Source: Nibricoccus sp.
GTDB taxonomy: Bacteria > Verrucomicrobiota > Verrucomicrobiia > Opitutales > Opitutaceae
Direction: 5' to 3'
Length of the DNA: 64,000 nt
Assembly (NCBI GenBank): GCA_047602425.1
Contig: JASGHG010000001.1
Location: 4,896,001-4,960,000, forward strand
Positions 18,772 to 27,322 of the stretch are shown piece by piece. Positions within the stretch are counted from its first letter, which is position 1. The number at the start of each line of letters is the position of its first letter. The translations under genes were made by a program, and so were the position numbers. The notes under the pieces were generated by a model that was not told the DNA's origin, made no database searches, and saw only the letters and a program-made list of their open reading frames with translations.

Positions 18772-18805
18772 AAGGCCTGCGCTGTAGGGGCGCAGGCCTT
18801 TTTTT
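18772..18805 (+). terminator. Rho-independent terminator between convergent genes
   Basis: aaggcctgcgc-7 nt loop-gcgcaggcctt followed by a T run. Confidence 0.85.
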
Positions 18806-18825
18806 GTTGTTCGAAAAAAGTCTCT

Positions 18826-19242
18826 TCAACCAACCAATTCCTCCGCCTTAAAGAACCGCGCGATCTCGGCCTTCGCGCTTTCGACGCCGTCCGATGCGTG
18901 TAGAATGTTCACCCGGTTGTCCGTGCCGAAGTCACCGCGGATTGTGCCTTTTGCCGCTTTGCGCGAATCGGTCGGCCCGAGCATTTCGCGGACTTTGGCG
19001 ATGACGCCTTCACCTTGCAACGCCATGACGATAACCGGTCCGGAAAGCATGAAGGCCTCCAGCGGCGGATAATAGGGCTGAGTTGCGATGTGCGCATAAT
19101 GCTCCTTAAGCAACGGCGCATTTAACCGCGTCATTTTGCAGCCAAGAATTTTGAAGCCGGCGTTTTCGAAACGCTCGAGCACATTGCCGACGCGCTTTTT
19201 CTCGATGCAATCCGGTTTGAAAATAATTAGGGTGTTTTCCAT
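18826..19242 (-). CDS. ndk: Nucleoside diphosphate kinase
   Basis: TLIIFKPD, SGPV, GTIRGDFG, NILHASD. Confidence 0.97.
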   Translation of the reverse strand: MENTLIIFKPDCIEKKRVGNVLERFENAGFKILGCKMTRLNAPLLKEHYAHIATQPYYPPLEAFMLSGPVIVMALQGEGVIAKVREMLGPTDSRKAAKGTIRGDFGTDNRVNILHASDGVESAKAEIARFFKAEELVG

Positions 19243-19308
19243 CCGCCAACCAAGGCATCCGGCGCTGCTTTTTGGAAGCCTGTTTTTCGAAACGTTTCCT
19301 TCGCCAAA

Positions 19309-19794
19309 TCAGCGGGCAGGAGCCGCCAAGGCCGAGGGAACGGTTGTCGCAACGGAAGCCATTTCAGTGGCGCCGCTCGAATGGAAAGTCGCGTAAACCA
19401 CACCGATAAGGTTGTCGGCGTTGACCGGCGTGCTGTCGGCCGCGTCGTTGTTGTATCCCTGCGCCACCCAGCCAGCAGCGGTGGCGGAGACGAGACGGTG
19501 AGCCACCGTCTCGCCGAACCGATTTGTATATACAACCACCATGCCAGCGCGGAGTTTTGCCGGATCGATTTTTTTAATGACCACGACAGAACCCTCGCCG
19601 AAAAACGGGAGCATCGACTTGCCTTCGATGCGCATCACCTGCGATCCGGGACGCAACTCGGCCAGGTTCATCGCGTCGGCCAGCACCCTATCGAACGAAA
19701 TCGCGGTGGTGGGCCGCGTAGTGAACTCCGCCCGCACGCTCCCCGCGCCAAAAACCGCGGTGAAAATCAGGAGAGCTCGGAGCATCGCTTTCAT
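19309..19794 (-). CDS. S24/S26 (signal peptidase I, SipW-like) peptidase
   Basis: GKSMLP catalytic Ser box, VAHRL, QGYNNDAAD; N-terminal signal peptide. Confidence 0.75.
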   Translation of the reverse strand: MKAMLRALLIFTAVFGAGSVRAEFTTRPTTAISFDRVLADAMNLAELRPGSQVMRIEGKSMLPFFGEGSVVVIKKIDPAKLRAGMVVVYTNRFGETVAHRLVSATAAGWVAQGYNNDAADSTPVNADNLIGVVYATFHSSGATEMASVATTVPSALAAPAR

Positions 19795-20010
19795 GGCCTA
19801 GAGCGTAGCAGTTCATTCGATTCCCTTGTATTGAGTGGGTCCCCCAATCGCACGAGCACTTTAACTCACCGCCTCTTTCTTCTCAACCGGGAGTCCCTGA
19901 GTATTTCCCCTCATCAGAGGAGGAAATACCCTAGTCGCAACCGGGATGATCCGCGGCGGACCACCGCGCTTCTGCGCTTCATAGGTCGGTCCGATTCTGC
20001 AAATCTTAAC

Positions 20011-20961
20011 TTAAACGACGACTTCCTCGCGTGCTTTTTCCGCCAACGGCGTACTCAAGTAACGTTCGCCGAAACTGCACGCCATGGTGACAATCACTTT
20101 GCCGGCAAACTCCGGCCGCGCGGCCACCCGTAGTGCCGCAGAGACGTTCGCACCGGTGGAAATGCCGGCTAAAATCCCTTCCTGGACGGCGAGTTGACGC
20201 GCCGTTTCAAAGGCCTCGTCATCCGTTACGGTCACCACTTCGTCGATGATCGCCGTGTTCAAGTTCTTAGGGATAAAACCCGCGCCAATTCCTTGGATTT
20301 TGTGCCGACCGGGTTTGCCTCCGGACAGAATCGAACTCGCCGCCGGCTCGACAGCGATCGTTCGCATCGCGCGTCGGGCTTTGATCACTTCCGATACTCC
20401 CGTAATCGTACCGCCCGTGCCAACGCCCGCAACGAAGGCGTCGATCTTTCCTTCGGTGGCGGTCCAGATTTCTTCCGCCGTGGTGCGACGGTGAATTTCC
20501 GGGTTCGCTGGATTCTCAAACTGCTGCGGCATAAAACCGCCGTCACCATGTTTCGCCAAAATCTCGGTCGCCCGCCGAATCGCGCCGGGCATGCCCTCCG
20601 TGCCTGGGGTCAAAACGATTTCCGCCCCGAGCATGCGCAACAACACACGGCGCTCCACCGACATCGTCTCCGGCATGGTCAGAATTAATTTGTATCCACG
20701 TTGTGCACACACGAAGGCCAGCGCGATGCCTGTGTTTCCCGACGTTGGTTCGATAATCACCGTGTCTGCTTTGATGCGGCCTTCTCGCTCAGCAGCCTCG
20801 ATCATCGCGCGGCCGATGCGGTCTTTGACGCTCGCAAGCGGGTTAAAAAATTCTGTCTTTACATACACTGCGCCCGGAAGTCCCGCCGCAATACGATTAA
20901 GTTTCACCAACGGCGTGTTGCCGATCGTTTCGACGATGTTGGAAAATGCGAGCGCGCCCAT
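20011..20961 (-). CDS. cysK: Cysteine synthase A
   Basis: IGNTPLV, SVKDRI (PLP Lys), [28 protein letters not shown]. Confidence 0.95.
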   Translation of the reverse strand: MGALAFSNIVETIGNTPLVKLNRIAAGLPGAVYVKTEFFNPLASVKDRIGRAMIEAAEREGRIKADTVIIEPTSGNTGIALAFVCAQRGYKLILTMPETMSVERRVLLRMLGAEIVLTPGTEGMPGAIRRATEILAKHGDGGFMPQQFENPANPEIHRRTTAEEIWTATEGKIDAFVAGVGTGGTITGVSEVIKARRAMRTIAVEPAASSILSGGKPGRHKIQGIGAGFIPKNLNTAIIDEVVTVTDDEAFETARQLAVQEGILAGISTGANVSAALRVAARPEFAGKVIVTMACSFGERYLSTPLAEKAREEVVV

Positions 20962-20991
20962 GACGTCACGCTTGCCGCCCTTCGCCACGAG

Positions 20992-22377
20992 TCAAGCCGC
21001 GGTCCCGATGGATAGACCGAGCACGTGACGCAATGCATGCTCCAGTCGTTCGTATCGAAAAACATAACGGGCCTCGTCGAGTTTGCCCGGCAGTACACGC
21101 TGACTCGCCAGCAACGTTTCGTCAGCCATCGCACCGAAGGCTGCGCGGAGCGCAACCACAGGCACCGGCAACATGGCCGGGCGTCCCAATACGTGAGCCA
21201 GCGTGGAGGTGAACTCAGCATTCGTCACGGGTTCTGGCGACACGGCGTTGACCGGGCCACTGCATCGCTGATCCAAGACCGCGTGGTAAATCGCGCCGAT
21301 TAAATCGTCGATGCTGATCCAGCTCATCCATTGCTCGCCGGAACCAATGCGGCCACCCAAACCTTTTGAAAATATCGGAAGCAGTTTCGCCAAGGCACCG
21401 CCCGCCGGTGTCAGCACAACGCCGGTGCGTAGTTTAGCCACGCGAATGCCAAAGCCACGCGCCACCGCCGCTTCGCGTTCCCAAGCCTCGCAAACTTCCG
21501 CGAGAAAACCGGCTCCGCGTTTGGCATCCTCGAAAAGCTTGTCGCTCCCCGCACCGCCGTAAAAACCGGTGGCCGATGCCGTCACCAGCACGTACGGACG
21601 ATGCCGCAGTCTGTCCAACGCAGTCACGAGTGTGCGCGTGCCCAGCACGCGGCTTGCGCGAATGGCCTCGCGCCGCGATGCCGTCCATCGGCCGTCCGCG
21701 ATATTCTCGCCTGCCAGATGCACGACGGCATCGAACGGTCGCGCATGCGCCAGATCGAGCACGCCTTTGAGAGGGTCCCAGAAAATCTCATCCGCCGCAC
21801 GTGTCTTGTTCCGTACCAGACGAATCACTTCATGCCCCTGACTTCGCAAGAATGGCGTGAGCGCTCGCCCGACTGTTCCTGACGCGCCGGAAACTAGGAA
21901 ACGCAGGTTGCGCACCGAACCATAACTCGTATACATCGCTAAATCCTGGGCCAAGATCTCGTGTCGGTAAGCGAACAATCGTTCCAGTTTGCGTTGAGCC
22001 ACGCCCGAACCAATTCGACCCAGCCAGCCAAAAGGAAGTTCGTAGTCGATCGTGTCCGTCAGGGTGCAATCGGCCGGTCCATCGGCGCGAAAACGATGTT
22101 CGTGCTCCCAAGAGGAAAATGGCCCGCTGCGCAGCACATCGTAAAAAACTCGGCCTTCATCGTAGCCTCGATGTTCCACGTTCCACTGAGTCCAGAATGG
22201 CCCGATCTTGGAGCGCAACTCCACGCGTCCTCCGTCACGTATCCCGCCGTTTTGCCTCAAAATCTCGATGCGCTCCCACGGTGGCGTTAGGCGCTCCAGT
22301 GCGCCCGGCCGTTCGTGCCATGCAAAAACTTCGCGCACCGGGCGCGGCAGTGAGACGGTTCGACGAAACACAGGCAT
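20992..22377 (-). CDS. TIGR01777-family NAD-dependent epimerase-like protein fused to an N-terminal SRPBCC domain
   Basis: N-terminal VFAWHERPGALERLTPPW...GPFSSWEHEH; GASGTVG, HLAGENI, ASATGFYG, LRTGVVL, GSGEQWMSWI. Confidence 0.9.
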   Translation of the reverse strand: MPVFRRTVSLPRPVREVFAWHERPGALERLTPPWERIEILRQNGGIRDGGRVELRSKIGPFWTQWNVEHRGYDEGRVFYDVLRSGPFSSWEHEHRFRADGPADCTLTDTIDYELPFGWLGRIGSGVAQRKLERLFAYRHEILAQDLAMYTSYGSVRNLRFLVSGASGTVGRALTPFLRSQGHEVIRLVRNKTRAADEIFWDPLKGVLDLAHARPFDAVVHLAGENIADGRWTASRREAIRASRVLGTRTLVTALDRLRHRPYVLVTASATGFYGGAGSDKLFEDAKRGAGFLAEVCEAWEREAAVARGFGIRVAKLRTGVVLTPAGGALAKLLPIFSKGLGGRIGSGEQWMSWISIDDLIGAIYHAVLDQRCSGPVNAVSPEPVTNAEFTSTLAHVLGRPAMLPVPVVALRAAFGAMADETLLASQRVLPGKLDEARYVFRYERLEHALRHVLGLSIGTAA

Positions 22378-22396
22378 GAGGCTATTTTCCCTACGT

Positions 22397-23854
22397 CTAT
22401 CCACCTCGCAACGCTTTAAACGCCGCCAATGCTTCAGCCCGAGCCTGCCCATGATCCACGATCGGCTTTGGATAGTTTTTGCCCAAAATTACTCCGGCAT
22501 TCGCCAACAACTCCGCCGGCGCTTCCCATGGCGAATGCAAAAACTTCGCCGGAACCTTGGCCAACTCGGGCACCCATCGACGCACATAGTTGCCCTCAAG
22601 ATCGAATTTCGTTCCCTGCGCAACCGGTGCAAAGATCCTAAAATACGGAGCAGCATCCGCTCCACACCCCGCGCTCCATTGCCAGCCAAGCGTGTTGTTT
22701 GCGAGATCCGCGTCGACCAGCGTGTCCCAAAACCATGCGGCGCCGTGCGGCCACGAAAGTCGCAGATGCTTAACCAGGAACGATGCAACAATCATGCGAA
22801 CACGATTGTGCATCCAGCCCGTTTTCCAAAGCTGCCGCATGCCCGCGTCGACAATCGGATATCCCGTTTGCCCTTGCTGCCAGGCCCGAAGCTTCGCGCC
22901 GTCCCGGTCGTCCGCCCAAGCGAATTTTTCGAATTGTTTTCGCAGGGGCCGCTCCGGTGTATCTGGAAAATGATATAACAAATGATGAGCAAATTCCCGC
23001 CAGCCCACTTCAGTGAGGAAGCGCTGCACACCGTGATTAAGCGGAAAAATCCCCGAGTCATCCGATAATGTCCGGGCCGCCGCCCAAATCTGCCGCGGCC
23101 CGATTTCGCCAAAATGCAAATGAGGCGAAAGTGCCGACGTCGCATCCATGCCTGGAACATCTCGCGCCTTGTCATAGGCGGCGGCTTTATTTTTCAGGAA
23201 ATCCACCAATCGCTTTCGCGCAGCCATTTCTCCCGGCGTCCATACTTCGGCAAAACCATCAGCCCAGCCTAAACGGGGCAATAACTTTAAATCCTCCAGT
23301 TGTAATGAATCCGGCCATTTCGCCGGTGCCGGAAGCCGGGCTCGCGCGGACAAGACGATTTCAGTTTCGACTGGTTGCGCAAGACAGTGCCGCCAGTAGG
23401 GTGTGAATACTTGAAAAGGGTTTCCTTGTTTATTGGCGATGTTTTGTGGTTCGAAAAGCAGTGCGCTATTGAAACTTTTTACTTCAATGCTTTTCGCCGC
23501 CAAGCCGGCCTTTATTCGTTTGTCGCGGACGATTGAGTTCGGTTCGTAACAGCGGTTCCAATACACTGAAGTTGCTTTTGTTTTTGCCAGTAATGCTTCG
23601 ATCACGTTTAGCGATTCCCCTCGCGCCAAAATCAGACGGGAACTTCGTTCGCGCAGGCTCGCTTCCAATGCGGCCAGCGAATGATGCAGCCACCAACGTG
23701 AAGCCGCACCCGGCGCCCATCGTCCGTCGTTCCGCTCGTCTAAAATATAAACAGGGATAATCGACGCGCGTGCGGCAAGCGCGGCCTGCAACGCTGCGTT
23801 GTCAGACAACCGCAAATCCTTTCTAAACCAAAGAATCACTGTTGAATTGGACAC
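22397..23854 (-). CDS. phrB: Deoxyribodipyrimidine photolyase/cryptochrome family
   Basis: WFRKDLRLSDN, TSALSPHLHFGE, WREF, GQTGYPIVDAGMRQL, GWMHNRVRM, DADLANN, GWQW; GTG start inferred. Confidence 0.93.
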   Translation of the reverse strand: MSNSTVILWFRKDLRLSDNAALQAALAARASIIPVYILDERNDGRWAPGAASRWWLHHSLAALEASLRERSSRLILARGESLNVIEALLAKTKATSVYWNRCYEPNSIVRDKRIKAGLAAKSIEVKSFNSALLFEPQNIANKQGNPFQVFTPYWRHCLAQPVETEIVLSARARLPAPAKWPDSLQLEDLKLLPRLGWADGFAEVWTPGEMAARKRLVDFLKNKAAAYDKARDVPGMDATSALSPHLHFGEIGPRQIWAAARTLSDDSGIFPLNHGVQRFLTEVGWREFAHHLLYHFPDTPERPLRKQFEKFAWADDRDGAKLRAWQQGQTGYPIVDAGMRQLWKTGWMHNRVRMIVASFLVKHLRLSWPHGAAWFWDTLVDADLANNTLGWQWSAGCGADAAPYFRIFAPVAQGTKFDLEGNYVRRWVPELAKVPAKFLHSPWEAPAELLANAGVILGKNYPKPIVDHGQARAEALAAFKALRGG

Positions 23855-24039
23855 GCCGCCAGCATGTCCAGCACCTCGACCAACGCAAGCGGCACAGGCC
23901 GCCTGAAGATTCCTTCCCCCTCTCAAAAACCATTTCGTTTCTTCGTATAAACCGCCAAATGTCACATAATACGCGACCCATTTTTATAGCTCAAAGAGTC
24001 TGTTTTTAACGTCTGGCATCGCGGAAAAATATTCAAAAC

Positions 24040-26004
24040 TTGCCGCGCCGGGCGTTTCCGACACGTTTCCACCAGCTTCCTACCCCTTTGGATTCCGTTC
24101 AGCCCACTTCAGTTCGGTCGGCGCGCATCGCGCCTGTGTACAATCTGCCGCTCGCGGTGCTTTTGATTGTTCTCACTTTCGTCGTGTACTGGCCGGCATT
24201 ACGTGGCGATTTTGTCATCGATGATGCCGCCAACGTCACGAAGGCTGAGTTGCGTTCGCTCCAAGGTCTGGGACGCATCTGGTGCGAACTAGGCGTCACT
24301 CAGCAATACTACCCCGTGCTTTACACCGGCTTCTGGCTGGAGCATTGCTTATGGGGCGACTCAACCATCGGCTATCACCTAGCCAACGTTGTGCAACACC
24401 TCGTCGCGGCCGGGCTTCTGATCTTAATTGTGCGGAGATTGTCGCTCCCGGGCGCTTGGTTGGCCGGATTTCTCTTCGCGCTGCATCCCGTGTCCGTAGA
24501 ATCTGTGGCATGGATCGCCGAACAAAAGAATACCCTTTCCACGGTTTTCTTTCTTGCCTCAGCGCTGGTGTATTTCGATTTCGCGGAGACGCGAAAGAGG
24601 TCGGCATATTGCCTCGCGCTCGCCTTTTTCGTTCTCGCGCTCCTTTCCAAAACAGTAACGGCAACGCTGCCTGCCGCTTTGCTGGTCGTGATTTGGTGGC
24701 AACGCGGACGTCTCGATGTCCGGCGGGATTTTTTACCACTCCTTCCCTGGTTCGTCATTGGAGCCACCGTCGGACTTTTTTCCGCCTGGGTTGAACACCG
24801 TTTTGTGGGTGCCCAAGGCGAGGATTTTTCACTCAATTTCCTCGAACGTACGTTGGTTGCCGGGCGCGCAGTCTGGTTTTATCTCGGCAAACTGGTTTGG
24901 CCTGCCGACCTAATGTTCATGTATCCGCGCTGGACGATCGACGCCGGCGTCTGGTGGCAATTTCTATTTCCCTTGGGCGTGATCGGCTTAATAGTCGCGG
25001 CACTCGTCGTTGCGCGCCGCCATCCAGGGCCACTTGCCAGTCTCCTTCTATTTTGCGGACTGCTGTTTCCAACCGCCGGATTTCTCAATATTTATTGGTT
25101 TAAAATCTCCTATGTCGCGGACCACTTCGCCTATTTGGCATCGATTGCCGTTATAGTACCGACGGCGGGGCTGCTGACCTCCACGTTTCACCGCATGAGA
25201 TCAGGCGCTTGGTTCGGTCCTACGTTTAACGCAACGCTGGTGATTTCTTTGGGGATACTGAGTTGGCAGCGCAGCCACATCTATCGTGATCACAAAACGC
25301 TTTGCGAACACACCCTCACACAAAACCCCGAGGCTTGGATGATGCACAACAATCTCGGCTTCATTCTTGGGGAGCAGTTCAACCAGATCCCGGAAGCCAT
25401 CGAACATTTCAAAACAGCTGTACGCCTAAAGCCGAATTTTGCCGATGCGCATTTTAATCTTGGACGTGGCTGGGAGCGCATGCCAAACCATCTACAAGAA
25501 GCCCTGTCTGAATATCGGGAATCGGTGCGGCTTCAACCCAACGATGTCGAGAGTCAATTTCGCCTCGGCTGTGTGCTCGGCAACCTAAACCAGGTAGCAG
25601 AGGCAATGAAATGCTTTCAGGCTGCGGTTGTTTTACGCCCGGATCATGCCGAGGCTCATTTCAATCTCGCCTTGGCCCTTGGTGAAATCTCACGCGACGT
25701 TGGGGAAATCATCGCTCATCTCGCTGCCGCCATTCGGGCGAAACCTGACTATGTTGACGCGTATTATCTCTTGGGAAATACGCTCGCGGGAAATGGACGC
25801 TTGCCGGAAGCGGTTGAGGCCTATCGTGCGGCGTTGCGCTTCGCGCCTGATTTTGTCGAGGGACATTTTAACTTGGGTTGTGTGCTAACCGATTTGCAGC
25901 ATCCGGCGGAAGCCTTGGCCGAGTTCGAAACAGTTTTGCGACTACAGCCCGGTTTCGAAGCCGCGCGAGACATGCGGACCAAGCTAATCTCTGCCAAACA
26001 ATAG
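24040..26004 (+). CDS. TMTC-like GT-C glycosyltransferase with C-terminal TPR repeats
   Basis: FVIDD loop, HPVSVESVAWIAEQK, LLSK, ADHFAY, multiple TM helices, several TPR repeats; start uncertain. Confidence 0.8.
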   Translation: MPRRAFPTRFHQLPTPLDSVQPTSVRSARIAPVYNLPLAVLLIVLTFVVYWPALRGDFVIDDAANVTKAELRSLQGLGRIWCELGVTQQYYPVLYTGFWLEHCLWGDSTIGYHLANVVQHLVAAGLLILIVRRLSLPGAWLAGFLFALHPVSVESVAWIAEQKNTLSTVFFLASALVYFDFAETRKRSAYCLALAFFVLALLSKTVTATLPAALLVVIWWQRGRLDVRRDFLPLLPWFVIGATVGLFSAWVEHRFVGAQGEDFSLNFLERTLVAGRAVWFYLGKLVWPADLMFMYPRWTIDAGVWWQFLFPLGVIGLIVAALVVARRHPGPLASLLLFCGLLFPTAGFLNIYWFKISYVADHFAYLASIAVIVPTAGLLTSTFHRMRSGAWFGPTFNATLVISLGILSWQRSHIYRDHKTLCEHTLTQNPEAWMMHNNLGFILGEQFNQIPEAIEHFKTAVRLKPNFADAHFNLGRGWERMPNHLQEALSEYRESVRLQPNDVESQFRLGCVLGNLNQVAEAMKCFQAAVVLRPDHAEAHFNLALALGEISRDVGEIIAHLAAAIRAKPDYVDAYYLLGNTLAGNGRLPEAVEAYRAALRFAPDFVEGHFNLGCVLTDLQHPAEALAEFETVLRLQPGFEAARDMRTKLISAKQ

Positions 26005-26078
26005 CCTGCCTGCAGGCGCCTGGAATCATCCGCGCTTTTGACGGGTTTCGGATGGTTTAGGTGTTTTGGTTATTAATC

Positions 26079-27248
26079 ATGAACCACAACCCGCTCCGTT
26101 TTGCGCGCGCAGCCGTCGCCGCTGCGTTCCTCTGTCTGCATGCTTTCAGCCACGCAGCCGCACCAACGCCATCCATTTCCAATCCAGCCGTCCTTTGGAA
26201 ATTTTCCACCGGCAAAGACGTCACGGCGGCGCCAATGGTGGATCGCGGCGTGGTTTACTGCGGCAGCACCAACGGTCAATTTTTTGCGCTCAACGCTGAC
26301 ACGGGGCAACAGCTTTGGAAATTTCAAGCCAACTTCCCGATATCCAGTCGCGCAGCATGCGAGGGCGACACAGTCTGTTTCGAAAGTGGCAATACCCTCT
26401 ACGCGCTCGATCGGGCCACTGGCCTCGAAAAGTGGCTCTACGTTGCCAAACCCTATCGTCCAATCGCCTCAATGGACCTCACCGATTACCATCGCTCCTC
26501 TCCTGTGATCGCCGACGGTATTGTTTATTTTGGCGACGATTGGGGGAATCTCAACGGCGTTTCTCTTACAGATGGTTCCCCTGTATTTGGATACACTACG
26601 CCTGCTGCACGGCCGATCCGGTGCGCGCCCGCGATTCATGACGGCGTTGTTTATTTTGGCGACTGGGAAGGCGATGTCTTCGCTGTTTCGCTGTCGGACA
26701 AAAAGCTCCGTTGGCAATATCGCGCGCCCAATGTCCGTCCCTATTATGGCGCGGTTGTTTCAGATTTCCTAGTTAGCGACGGCGTTTTGTATTTCGGAAG
26801 TCAGCATGACACTTTTGCTCCACTCGACATTGTCACCGGTAAACCCGTGTGGAGTTACACCGATCCAAATAAAACCTACCTGCCGTCGACTCCGCTCGTG
26901 CACAAGGGTCGCGTGATCATCGGCACCACGATTTTCACGAACTCCGTGCTCTGCCTTGAACGCGGTCAACTTGCGTGGACTTTCAAAGCTGAAGGCATCT
27001 TTTTCACACGACCGGCAATCGCCGGACGCACATTGATCGTCAATAGTTCGAATTTTGGCAAAACCGGCTGGCTTTACCTCCTCGACGTGGAAACAGGCGC
27101 ACTGCTTAACAAGCTCCCGATCGACAAAGCCATGCCTTCCGCGCCTGTAGTGGCCGACGGGAAAATCTACCTCGGCGCGGGCGATGGATGCATTTACGCA
27201 CTTTCGTTGTCCACATTGACCACAACCACAACAGAGGCACAAAAATAG
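26079..27248 (+). CDS. PQQ-like beta-propeller repeat protein (BamB-like)
   Basis: Signal peptide; repeated SSP...GVVYFG...ALD..TG..W units. Confidence 0.88.
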   Translation: MNHNPLRFARAAVAAAFLCLHAFSHAAAPTPSISNPAVLWKFSTGKDVTAAPMVDRGVVYCGSTNGQFFALNADTGQQLWKFQANFPISSRAACEGDTVCFESGNTLYALDRATGLEKWLYVAKPYRPIASMDLTDYHRSSPVIADGIVYFGDDWGNLNGVSLTDGSPVFGYTTPAARPIRCAPAIHDGVVYFGDWEGDVFAVSLSDKKLRWQYRAPNVRPYYGAVVSDFLVSDGVLYFGSQHDTFAPLDIVTGKPVWSYTDPNKTYLPSTPLVHKGRVIIGTTIFTNSVLCLERGQLAWTFKAEGIFFTRPAIAGRTLIVNSSNFGKTGWLYLLDVETGALLNKLPIDKAMPSAPVVADGKIYLGAGDGCIYALSLSTLTTTTTEAQK

Positions 27249-27275
27249 AACGCGCGCCTTTTACGGCGCGCGTTC
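27248..27275. terminator. Hairpin between convergent genes, likely terminator
   Basis: gaacgcgcgcc-ttttac-ggcgcgcgttc, 11-bp perfect stem. Confidence 0.65.
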
Positions 27276-27322
27276 CCCACACAGTCTACACTTACTGCTA
27301 AACCAAAATCCGCGAAGGAGGC

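Noticed and set aside
22172..22188. Possible parS site (tgttccacgttccact)
   Set aside because: Only the left half matches the parS palindrome and it lies within a coding region
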